From: Tubiluchus corallicola
Lineage: Eukaryota; Animalia; Priapulida
Assembly: GCA_030141605.1 (NCBI GenBank)
Contig: JAQGDQ010001853.1
Location: forward strand, 1 to 23,308
DNA length: 23,308 nucleotides
Direction: 5' to 3'
Under the pieces are notes generated by a model that did not search any database, was not told the DNA's origin, and was given only the letters and a program-made list of their open reading frames with translations. This document shows, piece by piece, positions 1-10,298 of the stretch. Position 1 is the first letter of the stretch; each line of letters opens with the position of its first letter. Made by a program: the position numbers and the translations under genes.

Positions 1-105
1 CTCTCTGTCTCTCTCTCTCTTTCCTCTCTCTCTCTCTCTCTCTCTCACTCCCCCTCCCCCTCTCTCTCACTCTCTCTATCTTTGTCTCTTATTCCTTCTC
101 TCTTT
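1..105. repeat. (CT)n-rich microsatellite
   Basis: Imperfect CT dinucleotide run, cut by the window edge. Confidence 0.9.
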
Positions 106-865
106 CTGGGTTATCTTAGGTTATTTCCGAGTTAATTACCTACAGGGCTGTTCACAAGCGAGTAACCAATATATCTGTTTACTAGCAGTTACACAAGAGA
201 ATTGAGTATCCTTGAGTATACTTGAGAACCGCGGAGTACCCGTATTGGGAAAAAATGGAAATGAAATGGATGAACACGTTTTCCAAAGCACGTATTAGAA
301 AATCTACGTCACATTCGCAAGTGTGGTTTCTCAAGATTGGCCGGGCATGGCGTCAAACCTGCATAATATACCTAAACAATTTCCAGAACTCAGCAAATCT
401 AACTGGTATGTTGTCATTAAAACAAGTTCACTTGAGCTGGAGTGTCTGTCAACACGGAAAGGCTAAATAAAGTTATCCATCTATTTGCTTCTGAACCTGC
501 TTAAGACACTCTTTGGCCAAAAGAAGGAAAATTTCATAATTCCACACAGAAGCAGTCCAAGAGAATAGCAAAAAGGTGAAGAAACAACATGTGGTCAAAA
601 AACATGTTGAAATAAATAGAAACAGATACAAGTGATATGTAATGTACATTTTACCTAAACTTATCAAGCCAATGACCAGTTCACTGACCCTTATCAATGG
701 CCAGTTCAATGATTGATTTTTAAAGATTAATTAATTGTCAGATCATTGAAATTTGCAGGTTAACTCTTTACTTACAGATGTCACGAGAGTCACTTTCATC
801 CGACCCTGTTACAAACAAGTAAAATAAGAAACAACAACGCTACACACGTCTACGAAGCGAACATA

Positions 866-1068
866 TGAGGTGCGTTCAACAAGTACCCGCCTCTTTTTTC
901 TCCGCCAAAAGTAAAACCAGCAAATAATGAGTAAACGTATAAAATACAAAAAGTCAGAAAATGAACATTTTTATTAAACTGCATTTCTTTGTAATATAAA
1001 GTAGAAGTAGGTTCACTAAGATCATCTAGACTATTTTGTGCTAGTTAATTTGTCTTACTTTGAGACTT

Positions 1069-1099
<31 letters not shown>

Positions 1100-1109
1100 T
1101 TGTTGTTGC

Positions 1110-1143
<34 letters not shown>

Positions 1144-1163
1144 ATTGTTGTGGTTGTCTTTGT

Positions 1164-1224
<61 letters not shown>

Positions 1225-1262
1225 ATTGTTGTGGTTGTCTTTGTTGTTGTGGTTGTCTTTGT

Positions 1263-1326
<64 letters not shown>

Positions 1327-1398
1327 ATTGTTGTAGTTGTCTTTGTTGTTGTTGTTGCTGCTGTTGTTGTTGATGTTGTTGTTATTGTTGTGGTTGCT

Positions 1399-1448
<50 letters not shown>

Positions 1449-1545
1449 ATTATTATTATTATTATTGTTTTTGTTTTTGTTGTTATTCTTATTGTTATTG
1501 TTATTGGTATTATTATTATTATTATTGTTGTTGTTGTTGTTGTTG

Positions 1546-1580
<35 letters not shown>

Positions 1581-1641
1581 GTTGTTATTGTTTTTGTTGT
1601 TATTCTTATTGTTATTGGTATTATTATTATTATTATTATTG

Positions 1642-1673
<32 letters not shown>

Positions 1674-1700
1674 TTTATTTTTATTTTCTGACACACCTCG
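866..1700. mobile_element. Possible degenerate mariner-like MITE enclosing a triplet array
   Basis: Left end TA|TGAGGTGCGTTCAACAAGT. Right end, reverse-complemented, TA|CGAGGTGTGTCAGAAAA. Both resemble mariner TIR starts, but only about 12 of 20 positions match each other. Confidence 0.35.
1067..1687. repeat. Compound (GTT/GCT)n-(ATT)n trinucleotide array
   Basis: Read directly. It produces the poly-N/T/V/L/C/Y ORFs in the track. Confidence 0.95.
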
Positions 1701-2158
1701 TACATTAGCAACGTTCCGTAATTTTTACATATCACAGTTGCGATATAATATTTGTGACACCACTAACATAAAAAGCTAGTGCTATTCGTACAGTGCATAT
1801 AACAGAATCCAAGTAGGTGTCACATTTTCTACATGCGTAACAGTCAATCCTCATTGTAGTGCCTTTCCCCCCTGTATGACGCCAGCCTTGCTTAATGCCC
1901 AAACTTTTCAAAAAATAAATAAATAAAACAATGTCTCAAAAATTTGTTCACGACATCAATTAATTTCTGTTTTCTATGCAAATTCTGCAATTGGCATGAT
2001 TTGTATTACTTTTTGTAAGGTCAAGGAAGATTCTTGTTTTTTTACTCTTCAGCTCAACCCGCCACAGACAGTTTGGGCAGACTTTCCTATATATAGGTCA
2101 AATGATTTTTGATATAACTTATGTGCTTTGAGGTGCTCTTACGCTGTAGTGCAGTTGT

Positions 2159-3177
2159 CAGTGTTCCACAGAATTTTAAAATAAATTTCCGTGACTTTTC
2201 CCTGATCAAATATTGATTTTCCATGACCAAGATAAGCAGAAATGGCATTACCTGTACACATATTCAAACATTTTTGTATATGGGTATTCATACATATGCT
2301 GATATATAATGTATCAACACAGTTGCAGTAGTGCTAATGAAATGTTCTTAATCCAATCATTATTTTGGAGCAGAACTTGAAACTGGGAGCCAGCCATGGT
2401 AAAATTTTATTTGAACACGAATCGCTGAAAAATATGTTTGGAAAAATATCAGTTCACGGTGATTATTTTTGTAACCTTTTCGATTTTCCCTGACATTTTG
2501 TCCCATTTTCATCATTTTCCCTCACTTTTCATCCCATTTCCCCTCACTTTTCATCGCATTTTCATCATTTTCCCTGACCTTTTGTTCCATTTTCATCATT
2601 TTCCGTGACTTTTCGTCCCACTGTCATCATTTTCCCTGAATTTTTGTCCCATTTTCATCATTTTTGCTGACTTTCCGTCCCATTTTCTTCATTTTTCCTG
2701 ACTTTGTGCCCCATTTTCATCATTTTTCCTGAATTTCTGTGTCATTTTTATCATTTTTGCTGATTTTCCGTCCCATTTTCTTCATTTTTCCTGACTTTGT
2801 GCCCCATTTTCATCATTTTTCCGGAATTTTTATCTCATTTTTATCATTTTTCCTTACTTTTTGTCCCATTTTCATCATTTTTGCTGACTTTCCGTCCCAT
2901 TTTCTTCATTTTTCCTGACTTTGTGCCCCATTTTCATCATTTTTCCTGAATTTTTGTCCCATTTTTATCATTTTTGCTGATTTTCCGTCCCATTTTCTTC
3001 ATTTTTCCTGACTTTGTGCCTCATTTTCATCATTTTTCCGGAATTTTTGTCTCATTTTTATCATTTTCCTTACTTTTTGTCCTATTTTCATCATTTTCCC
3101 TGACTCTTCCATGACTTTCTAGGATAACCTGTGCTACCAAGGATTTTCCAGGATTCTCCCTGACCATGGGAACCCTG
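2159..3177. mobile_element. Probable old hAT-like non-autonomous DNA transposon
   Basis: Left end CAGTGTTCCACAG; right end, reverse-complemented, CAGGGTTCCCATGGTCAGG. The subterminal motif TTT(T)CC[CAG]TGA[CT] occurs near both ends. No convincing 8-bp TSD. Confidence 0.5.
2484..3116. repeat. 31-bp minisatellite with a 217-bp higher-order period
   Basis: Unit is roughly TTTTCCCTGACTTTTTGTCCCATTTTCATCA, about 20 copies. The variant order recurs at 2661 and 2878. Confidence 0.9.
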
Positions 3178-3580
3178 ATATTTGCATAGACGACGTATGC
3201 TTTAATGCACTTTATTATAATGCCAAACTAGCTTAATACCGTATTCTTCTGAAGTGGGCAATGTAAGAAGGTTTGTATGTATCTTTAATTTAGTAAGATT
3301 TTGTAGGACTAACCACGCTTTGCACTACAATGATAAAACTGTAACATTGGTATTATATCTATTAGAACTAAATTGCTTTCAATTGTAGCGACAAAGTCAA
3401 ATTGGACAGAATTATGAATCAATTTCACGTGACGTCAAGTAAAATTGCAATTTCACATTTTCTGTGGTTTAAATACTTTGTCATAGTACTAGGTAATTCA
3501 CACTCCATTCAAAAACATACGTGTTCAAAATACAACGGAATACTAGTGAAAACACACCACTCATAGTGTACAAAATAGGC

Positions 3581-3678
3581 ATGCACATGCAAGTCTGGCA
3601 AACTTGAGAAACATATGCACATGCAAGTCTGGCAAACTTGAGAAAGATATGCACATGCAAGACTGCCAAACTTGAGAA
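3581..3678. repeat. 34-bp tandem repeat, about 3 copies
   Basis: ATGCACATGCAAGTCTGGCAAACTTGAGAAACAT starts at 3581, 3615 and 3649. Confidence 0.9.
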
Positions 3679-4084
3679 GGTGAAAGTCTCTCATTGCTAA
3701 CAAACCCCATTTAGGCAATATGTAAGGATGTCAGCATTTACACAGCGTACATGCTTCCGTGTCACTTGAGAAAGGCAAAATTTTGCTCATTAAAAGCAAA
3801 ACAGCCCATAAAAACATCAGTTTACGATGCCAGAGATGACGAATGTGTCAATCAGGCAAGTTTGAGAAGTGATATTTCACCTTCAGTATACTGTACTCAG
3901 TAAAATTAACCAAGCAAGGCCTCAGGCCTGCACCAACACTATGTGAGCATATACTTCAGCTACCAGAGCTTACTATTAATGTCGAATGATTGTGGGAAAA
4001 CGGACACATGCGACAGATAAACGGTATTTGAATTTGTAAGGGGAGGTATTCAAATCGAGCTAATCAAGGTGACTTGAATGGACA

Positions 4085-4215
4085 GCCTAGTCATTGAAAA
4101 ACGTAGTGGAAATAATGGAAATTCTGGGAAGAAATGATTTGGGCAGGGAGTTCCACAGAGCAGCAGCTGTGCAGAAAAACCTGATACTAATCGAGCTGAG
4201 TAACAGGGCAAATGA
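4085..4215 (-). mobile_element. Possible degenerate 3' end of a CR1/L2/jockey-group LINE ORF2
   Basis: A minus frame reads RFFCTAAALWNSLPKSF. LWNSLP is a typical ORF2 C-terminal motif in these clades. The match is short. Confidence 0.35.
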
Positions 4216-4262
4216 TCCCTTTGAATTCTCCACTGTTGTTGATATTTAACAATTAAATTGCT

Positions 4263-4379
4263 CACAGTGAGTGCAATATCTGCACACCGCACACCACACA
4301 CAGTGAGTGCCGTATCCGCACACCGCACACAGTGAGTGCCGTATCCGCACACCGCACACAGTGAGTGCAGTATCCGCAC
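4263..4379. repeat. 29-bp tandem repeat, about 4 copies
   Basis: Unit CACAGTGAGTGCCGTATCCGCACACCGCA. Confidence 0.85.
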
Positions 4380-4498
4380 TTCTATGTACGCACTACTTAC
4401 GCTGTTCCTTGTCGCCGCCGCCGCTGCCATCTCCTTTCATAAGCGCAAAACAACTTAAACTTGTAAACATAATTCAATAAAAGAATCGAGAAAATGTA

Positions 4499-4525
4499 GA
4501 GACAGGCAGGCAGGCAGGCAGACAC

Positions 4526-4564
<39 letters not shown>

Positions 4565-4777
4565 GGTAAACAGAGAGGCAGGCAGGCAGGCAGGCAGGCA
4601 GACAGACAGACAGACAGGCAAACAAAAGGTAGGCATGCAGGCACATAGACAGATGACAGGGAGGCAGACAGACAGACAGACAGGCAAACAAAGGGCAGGC
4701 ATGCAGGCAGGAAGACAGACAAACAGGCAGACAGACACACAGACAGGCAGGCAGGCAGACAATCAGACACACAGACA
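4499..4777. repeat. (GACA/GGCA)n compound microsatellite
   Basis: Read directly. Contains GGCAAACAAA..GGCATGCAGGCA sub-blocks that also occur at 11056-11238. Confidence 0.9.
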
Positions 4778-5009
4778 TATTGTTTTATAGATGCTTTTTT
4801 CAGTTTTTGTATCAACGTTCTGGTAAAATACAGTGTATGAGTGTTATAAGAAGATTATTAACGTTTAATCCAAATACCTGATTAAAGTGAAAAACAAGAT
4901 AAAAATACCTTTTTTAGCTCCTGTTGCAAGAAATGAAAAATGAAAAAACAGTGTTACATTTCTTACAAGATACTCACCACACTACATATACTACTAGTAC
5001 TATTTGTAC

Positions 5010-5506
5010 GTTAAGCAACATAGAGCCTGGGTAGTGCTTGGATGGGTGACCGGCTAGGAATACCAGGTGCTGTAGGCTTGCAGGATGCCCACACTGTATC
5101 TCGACACTAGGCGGATGAGCTGCACAAGCAGCCAACGACTAGAGGGCGGAGGAGGTCAAGTGACCCAACGGCCATGTGTAGAGGAGTAAACCTTCCAAAT
5201 CAGGAGTGGAGCCCCGAATGCGGACCAGTGCAGCATGCTCTCTGACTCCGGCAGCTCCTGCAGCCAACCGGGTGCCAAACGTATTGCTCCGCTTTTCTTT
5301 GGACTACACCAGGGAGGAAGAGAGGGGGTTCCTGTTGTCTGACCAACTCAGGATCTCCATACACCTTGCCCAGGCGTGCGCCCTGGAGACTTTCAAGGAT
5401 CGCACTGGTCAGCCACAGTCGAGGCTGCAGCTCCATCAATGTGATCAATAACTGACTCTCTTGGCGCACACTCCATTGTCTTCCGAGACAGAAGGATGCC
5501 AACAAC
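5010..5506 (+). mobile_element. 5S rRNA-derived SINE (SINE3 type) with an RTE-LINE-like body and tail; 5'-truncated copy
   Basis: 5010-5079 is the 3' half of 5S (GTTAAGCAACATAGAGCCTGG...GGATGGGTGACC...TGTAGGCTT). 5010-5262 aligns with 17398-17649. 5393-5455 reads SRIALVSHSRGCSS...*, followed by ...GAGACAGAAGGATGCC-AACAAC. Confidence 0.8.
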
Positions 5507-5887
5507 TTATTGATAACGTTACAATCAATACAAGATGTAGGTAACAATAGCATAAGTATCCATATTAACTTATCGTCATGCTAATGTCTTGCACTTCAAG
5601 TACAACAGTGTTACTTGCATGCTTGTTTGAGATTAAAGAAACTTTTTAGATGCTATTAGTGATATTCGAAACAAAAGTGCATCTCTTTTCTACAAAATTT
5701 TGTCTATCGTTGCAGGGAAATATTGTATCATGTGGCTTTTTGTAATAATTTTGCTGATATTAGAAGGTAAGAATTGAATATACACAGTCACACGTAAGAA
5801 AACACTTTGTGAAGTCACTGCAGGAACTAACAACTAATTTTATCGTTTAAACAGTTTTGGTTGGACGTTTTTTGTTTGTTTGGTTGG

Positions 5888-6010
<123 letters not shown>

Positions 6011-6241
6011 ATGCCAACAATTTGTAGGTGAGCGAGGTCCATTTCTGAATCAGAAGCAGCATGTAACAAAATTAGATTTTGCAGTTCGCAAAACAACTGA
6101 CACGCTCGACCAAAAATTTCCCGGTCTATTGAAAAGTTCGGAATGCTCTACTTCCTTGTTGCTTGGCTTAAGTGTAAACTCCTGCGTTCGACCAAGGATG
6201 GCGGCAAACTTGTACCAGTTTGAAGCATTCAGACGTAGCAT
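6011..6241 (-). mobile_element. Possible degenerate CR1/L2-like LINE 3' end leading into an (AAGT)n tail
   Basis: The minus frame ...LFNRPGNFWSSVSVVLRTA resembles the FFxNRxxxxWNxLP motif. A tetranucleotide array follows closely on the same strand. Confidence 0.3.
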
Positions 6242-6303
6242 TTAGTGAGTGCCTAGATCACTTGGCTAATGAATGAACAGCCAGCGACGGTAATCTCTGG
6301 ATA

Positions 6304-6934
6304 ACTGCACATGCTCGACTTCAGTAGGGTACACTGCACACGCTCGATTTCAGTAGGGTACACTGCACACACTCGATTTCAGCAGGGTACACTGCACATG
6401 CTCGATTTCAGTAGGGTACATTGCACACGCTCGATTTCAGTAGGGTACACTGCACACGCTCGATTTCAGGAGGGTACACTGCACACGCTCGATTTCAGGA
6501 GGGTACACTGCACACGCTCGATTTCAGTAGGGTACACTGCACACGCTCGATTTCAATAGGGTACACTGCACACGCTCGATTTCAGTAGGGTACACTGCAC
6601 ACGCTCGATTTCAGGAGGGTACACTGCACACGCTCGATTTCAGTAGGGTACACTGCACACTCTCGATTTCAGGAGGGTACACTGCACACGCTCGATTTCA
6701 GTAGGGTACACTGCACACGCTCGATTTCAGTAGGGTACACTGCACACGCTCGATTTCAGTAGGGTACACTGCACACGCTTGATTTCAGGAGGGTATACTG
6801 CACACGCTCGATTTCAGGAGGGTACACTGCACACGCTCGATTTCAGTAGGGTACACTGCACACGCTCGATTTCAGTAGGCTACACTGCACACGCTGGATT
6901 TCAGTAGGGTACACTGCACACGCTCGATTTCAGT
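6304..6934. repeat. 29-bp minisatellite, about 22 copies
   Basis: Unit ACTGCACACGCTCGATTTCAG[T/G]AGGGTAC, head to tail with no spacers. Confidence 0.95.
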
Positions 6935-7506
6935 TGCCAATGGTTGCAGAGTGCTTCATATCAAACTCATAACTCACACCCACCTTTTAGCAACATCGTT
7001 CACATATTACGTAAACTATATGTAACTATAAGAAAACAGTAAACCTTTTCACAGTTCCAGCGATTGATGGTGATCACGAAAAGGTCATAGGTTAAGTGTA
7101 CCAGACAACACATTTGCGTACACTTGACAACGCCTCCCAGACCATGCTATTGTAATAGCAACAGTTTTAACAGTTAACTACAACCTTAACTAATTCATTT
7201 TTTTCTAGTTCCCAAGCAAGATCCTGCTAGTAAATCACTCTACATGCAAACTAATTTATAAATATGTAAAGTCCACACAAAACAACAAACGTTGCTGAAC
7301 TGATGTGGTAGAAGGGTTTACTTTACCCACACGTCACATGACACGCGCAGTTAAAATGCTTTGCTGTGGTACACTTCACCATTCACCTACACGTCAAGGG
7401 TTCTGCGTGAAATGCACAGGGACCTACACGTGAATTGAGTGTGCATAACGAGACTGTGAAAAGACTTACTAACAAGTGGCTATCAAATCAAAACAATTGA
7501 TTTTAC

Positions 7507-7594
7507 CTTGCTTGAATGTTTGTTTGAGAAGCAGCGGTTCCAGTGATGGGTCCAGCTCTTCGCCAACATTCTCAACTAAAACCGGCTGTCCGAA
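7507..7594 (-). CDS. DNAH12: Dynein heavy chain exon 9 in window: AAA5
   Basis: Acceptor TTTATACACAG and donor G|GTAAAA; 88 nt, phase 0-1. Translates FGQPVLVENVGEELDPSLEPLLLKQTFKQ(G). The next conserved exon (..FYITTKLRNPHY..) was not found in 1-7506, so this intron probably runs out of the window. Confidence 0.92.
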
Positions 7595-7646
7595 CTGTGT
7601 ATAAACAGATAACAGAGGAATGTGAAAAATTGTTTCTTTGTGTTAA

Positions 7647-8053
7647 CCCTTTCACTACGTGGTTGCTGTGTAACTTTTGCACAATTCACGATAACTTCTT
7701 GTGGTGTGTTACTAAAACAGAATCTTGTAAATGAGCAAACAGTTGTTCGTTATTGAGTAAAAATAATGAATATTAGTTTTATTTCTACAGATGCGAGCAC
7801 ACATACAAGCACTCACGCACATGTACACACACACGATGCACACACGCACGCATGCACGCACACACACTTGTTGCAAAGTAACCCCAGTCCCAAGGCTGTT
7901 AAACTTTTCTACAATGTTTTGCATGGCGGTAGCAGTGAAATAAACAGACCTGGGTGACTGCGCTTAATGCTGAGTTTGGGGGGCAGTCTACTGCCTTCCG
8001 CCCCTTGTATGTAAAACATAGGCAGCAGTGTGCCGCCTTCCGTAGTAAAAGGG
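7647..8053. mobile_element. piggyBac-like MITE (407 bp)
   Basis: TTAA|CCCTTTCACTACG ... CGTAGTAAAAGGG|TTAA: a 13-bp TIR with 1 mismatch and TTAA on both sides. Confidence 0.8.
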
Positions 8054-8559
8054 TTAAACGTTTCTTTGCCACAGAAAAATGCTAAGAATTACAGAGAAAA
8101 TAATGGTAGTCTGACTGTTAGTTGTGCTTAGAGACCATCAAAATTTTATATTAGGCAGTTGAATGATAATAAACTTAAGTCTCCTCCCTCTACAAAGTAA
8201 ATAACCAAGGCAATATGCAGAAAAAACCACCCGGAAGTGGTTTCCCAGCAGCTACCCATCTCGCCTAAATGACTAGGTTTAGCGATGCTTTACTTCAGCC
8301 ACTAAGCACACACCGTGACCACTCAACTGTCTTGCACGCCCGTAAGGATTTTACAGATAAATATATATATATAATCGTATTTTAAAAGCAGGCTGTATTT
8401 AATGTTTTCGAGCAGAAGCGTATCAAGACTTTACGACCATCTAGGCTGACTGTTCTGTCCCGTCCATCCCTATTGTGAATTCATGGTTGTTTATGTAATG
8501 CGCAGAATAAGCAACTACTTGTGGTGTATTAGAAACACTATTAACCTAGATTCTATATA

Positions 8560-8990
8560 CAGTCAACCCTCGTTAAACCGGACTAATTGGGGGGTGGGTG
8601 GGTGGTTGGTCCAGTTTAGCCGATTGTCCGATTTATCCGATATGCCTATATATGGTCTATATTATACAGGAATAATCACCTCAATAAAGCCTATATACAT
8701 TGCACTATATACTATACTGTATATTACTTTAGAATAGTTAACCTGTGAGGATAAAGAAATTAGCGAATGCTTTCGATGGGGTAAGCAAACTGAATTTTGG
8801 AGGTAATCGTAGCAGGATGGGCGGCACCGTGAGCCGCTTCGGCCCGTCAGTGGCTCCTGGTGAGTTGGTAGGCCGTGTTGTGTTTAGCGCTCCGGCTCGG
8901 TCGGAAATTGGTCAGTTTCCTTTACCACGGATGACGTCCGTCTTATCCGATATCCGGGCTAACGGGGTCCGGTTTAACGAGGGTCGACTG
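8560..8990. mobile_element. Tc1/mariner-superfamily (pogo/Tigger-like) MITE (431 bp)
   Basis: TA|CAGTCAACCCTCGTTAAACCGGAC ... GTCCGGTTTAACGAGGGTCGACTG|TA: a 24-bp TIR with 1 mismatch and a TA TSD. Confidence 0.9.
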
Positions 8991-9240
8991 TAGTAATTAT
9001 TAATTACACGTATTTGCACAGCATTTATGTAGAAATAGGCTCCGCAACTGCTTGTTGCGTGATATCTTGTACCTGTTTGTTATGTTAAACTTACATAAAA
9101 GCAAGATCAGTAACTGCCTGTGGTGTGTTGTAAAATGCAACCTTTATATGAATATGAAAGAACACACATAGTTAGCGAATTGTTAATTGTTTCGGAACAC
9201 ATTATTCATGAACCCAATTCAAAGTGACCTTTGACCTCAC

Positions 9241-9367
9241 CTGTATACAATTCTCCAGGGTGCGCATGTAGTCGGAGTCGGTGAGTTTGACAACGCTCAG
9301 TTTATTGTGACGCTCCATGTTCTTAATCCACTTGTTCGCTTGACCTTGTGGATCAATCATTAAGGGC
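9241..9367 (-). CDS. DNAH12: Dynein heavy chain exon 8 in window: AAA5
   Basis: Acceptor GATTCCAG and donor CAG|GTGAGG; 127 nt, phase 2-0. Translates (W)PLMIDPQGQANKWIKNMERHNKLSVVKLTDSDYMRTLENCIQ, the canonical dynein AAA5 motif. Confidence 0.94.
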
Positions 9368-9510
9368 CTGGAATCCACATCAAGATCAAATTACAGATTC
9401 TTTTCAGATGATGGATTGTGATAAACCAGAAACAATAAACATAAAAACAAAATATGATTAACAATATAATCTAGCAGTTAATTAATTGATGGAATTAAGT
9501 GAAAAATTTT

Positions 9511-9582
9511 GAGTCAGCTAAGATTCGAACCGAGAACTTTGTTGTATCTGGCGTCACACTCCGCCAATTGAGTTATCAACTC
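9511..9582 (-). mobile_element. tRNA-derived SINE head or tRNA pseudogene
   Basis: Minus strand, 72 nt: GAGTTGA-TAACTCAATTGG (box A-like) ... GGTTCGAATC (box B) ... TGACTC. The ends pair, AAAATTTTT follows, and the anticodon arm is poor. Confidence 0.55.
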
Positions 9583-10298
9583 TTATGGCAAAATAGATCC
9601 TTTAACGGAAATTGTAACTGCAATATGCATAACGACACTTATTTATTGGAGGGTGCTGCCCTCTACGAGCAGTGCGGAGAGGAAAGGACAGGAGGAGAAC
9701 AATGATGGTTGCGTTTTTATTCACAGCAATGTTTTTTTTATCGTTTTTGTGTTTTAGTTAACAACAGCTTTTAGTTATTACCAAATTTGTACCTTGAGAA
9801 ATTTTAAATCTTGATGAAGAGCCAATGATGTAAGTTACATGAATTTAAATAATTTAATTAAGTTTACGAATTCGATCTGTGAAATTTGTAAAAGTACTTT
9901 GACCAATAGGTTGTCTCCAATATTGACCAACATGACCAATAGGTTGAATAAATGACCAAAATTTATTAAGCTTCTGTTTATCATTCTATTTATTTTTCTT
10001 ACTTGTTAATATTCTCTTTATTATTTTCTTTAGAATAAACGACTTTGGAACATGAATGAAATAGTGAAGGCTTTCTGTACATAACAGAAATGGATAAGAC
10101 TCATAAACAATGGGCAAGACGAGGTCAGAACGACCTGGCATTACTACCTCACAATGCAGCATGTTTTATTTAAAGTTACATGCCAATTGATTGACGCATA
10201 AAGCATGCTCCAGATCGACGCATTAGGCCACTCGGCCACTGCTGTGGCCAAAAGACATTTCCGTGTTTTGAAATATGGGGGGGGGGAGGGAAGCTTAC

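Noticed and set aside
473-709. ORF containing 'YIT' as the next dynein exon
   Set aside because: The surrounding residues do not match FYITTKLRNPHY or any other dynein motif.
1041-1779. Poly-N/T/V/L/C/Y ORFs on both strands
   Set aside because: Artefacts of a stop-poor triplet array.
2484-3116. CRISPR or iteron-like array (31 bp)
   Set aside because: Contiguous degenerate tandem units with no spacers.
5200-5553. ORFs 5200-5553 (-) and 5206-5451 (+) as genes
   Set aside because: They lie within the SINE body. The only meaningful peptide is the 20-aa RTE-like remnant in another frame.
6304-6934. CRISPR array (29-bp repeats)
   Set aside because: The units are head to tail with no unique spacers, there are no cas genes, and the context is a eukaryotic intron.
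8745-8993. 82-aa ORF as a transposase
   Set aside because: Too short, no DDE or HTH motifs, and it runs through the TIR.
10208-10246. tRNA-Leu/Ser-like box A on the minus strand (GTGGCCGAGTGGCCTAATGCG)
   Set aside because: No box B or cloverleaf follows; at most a small SINE fragment.
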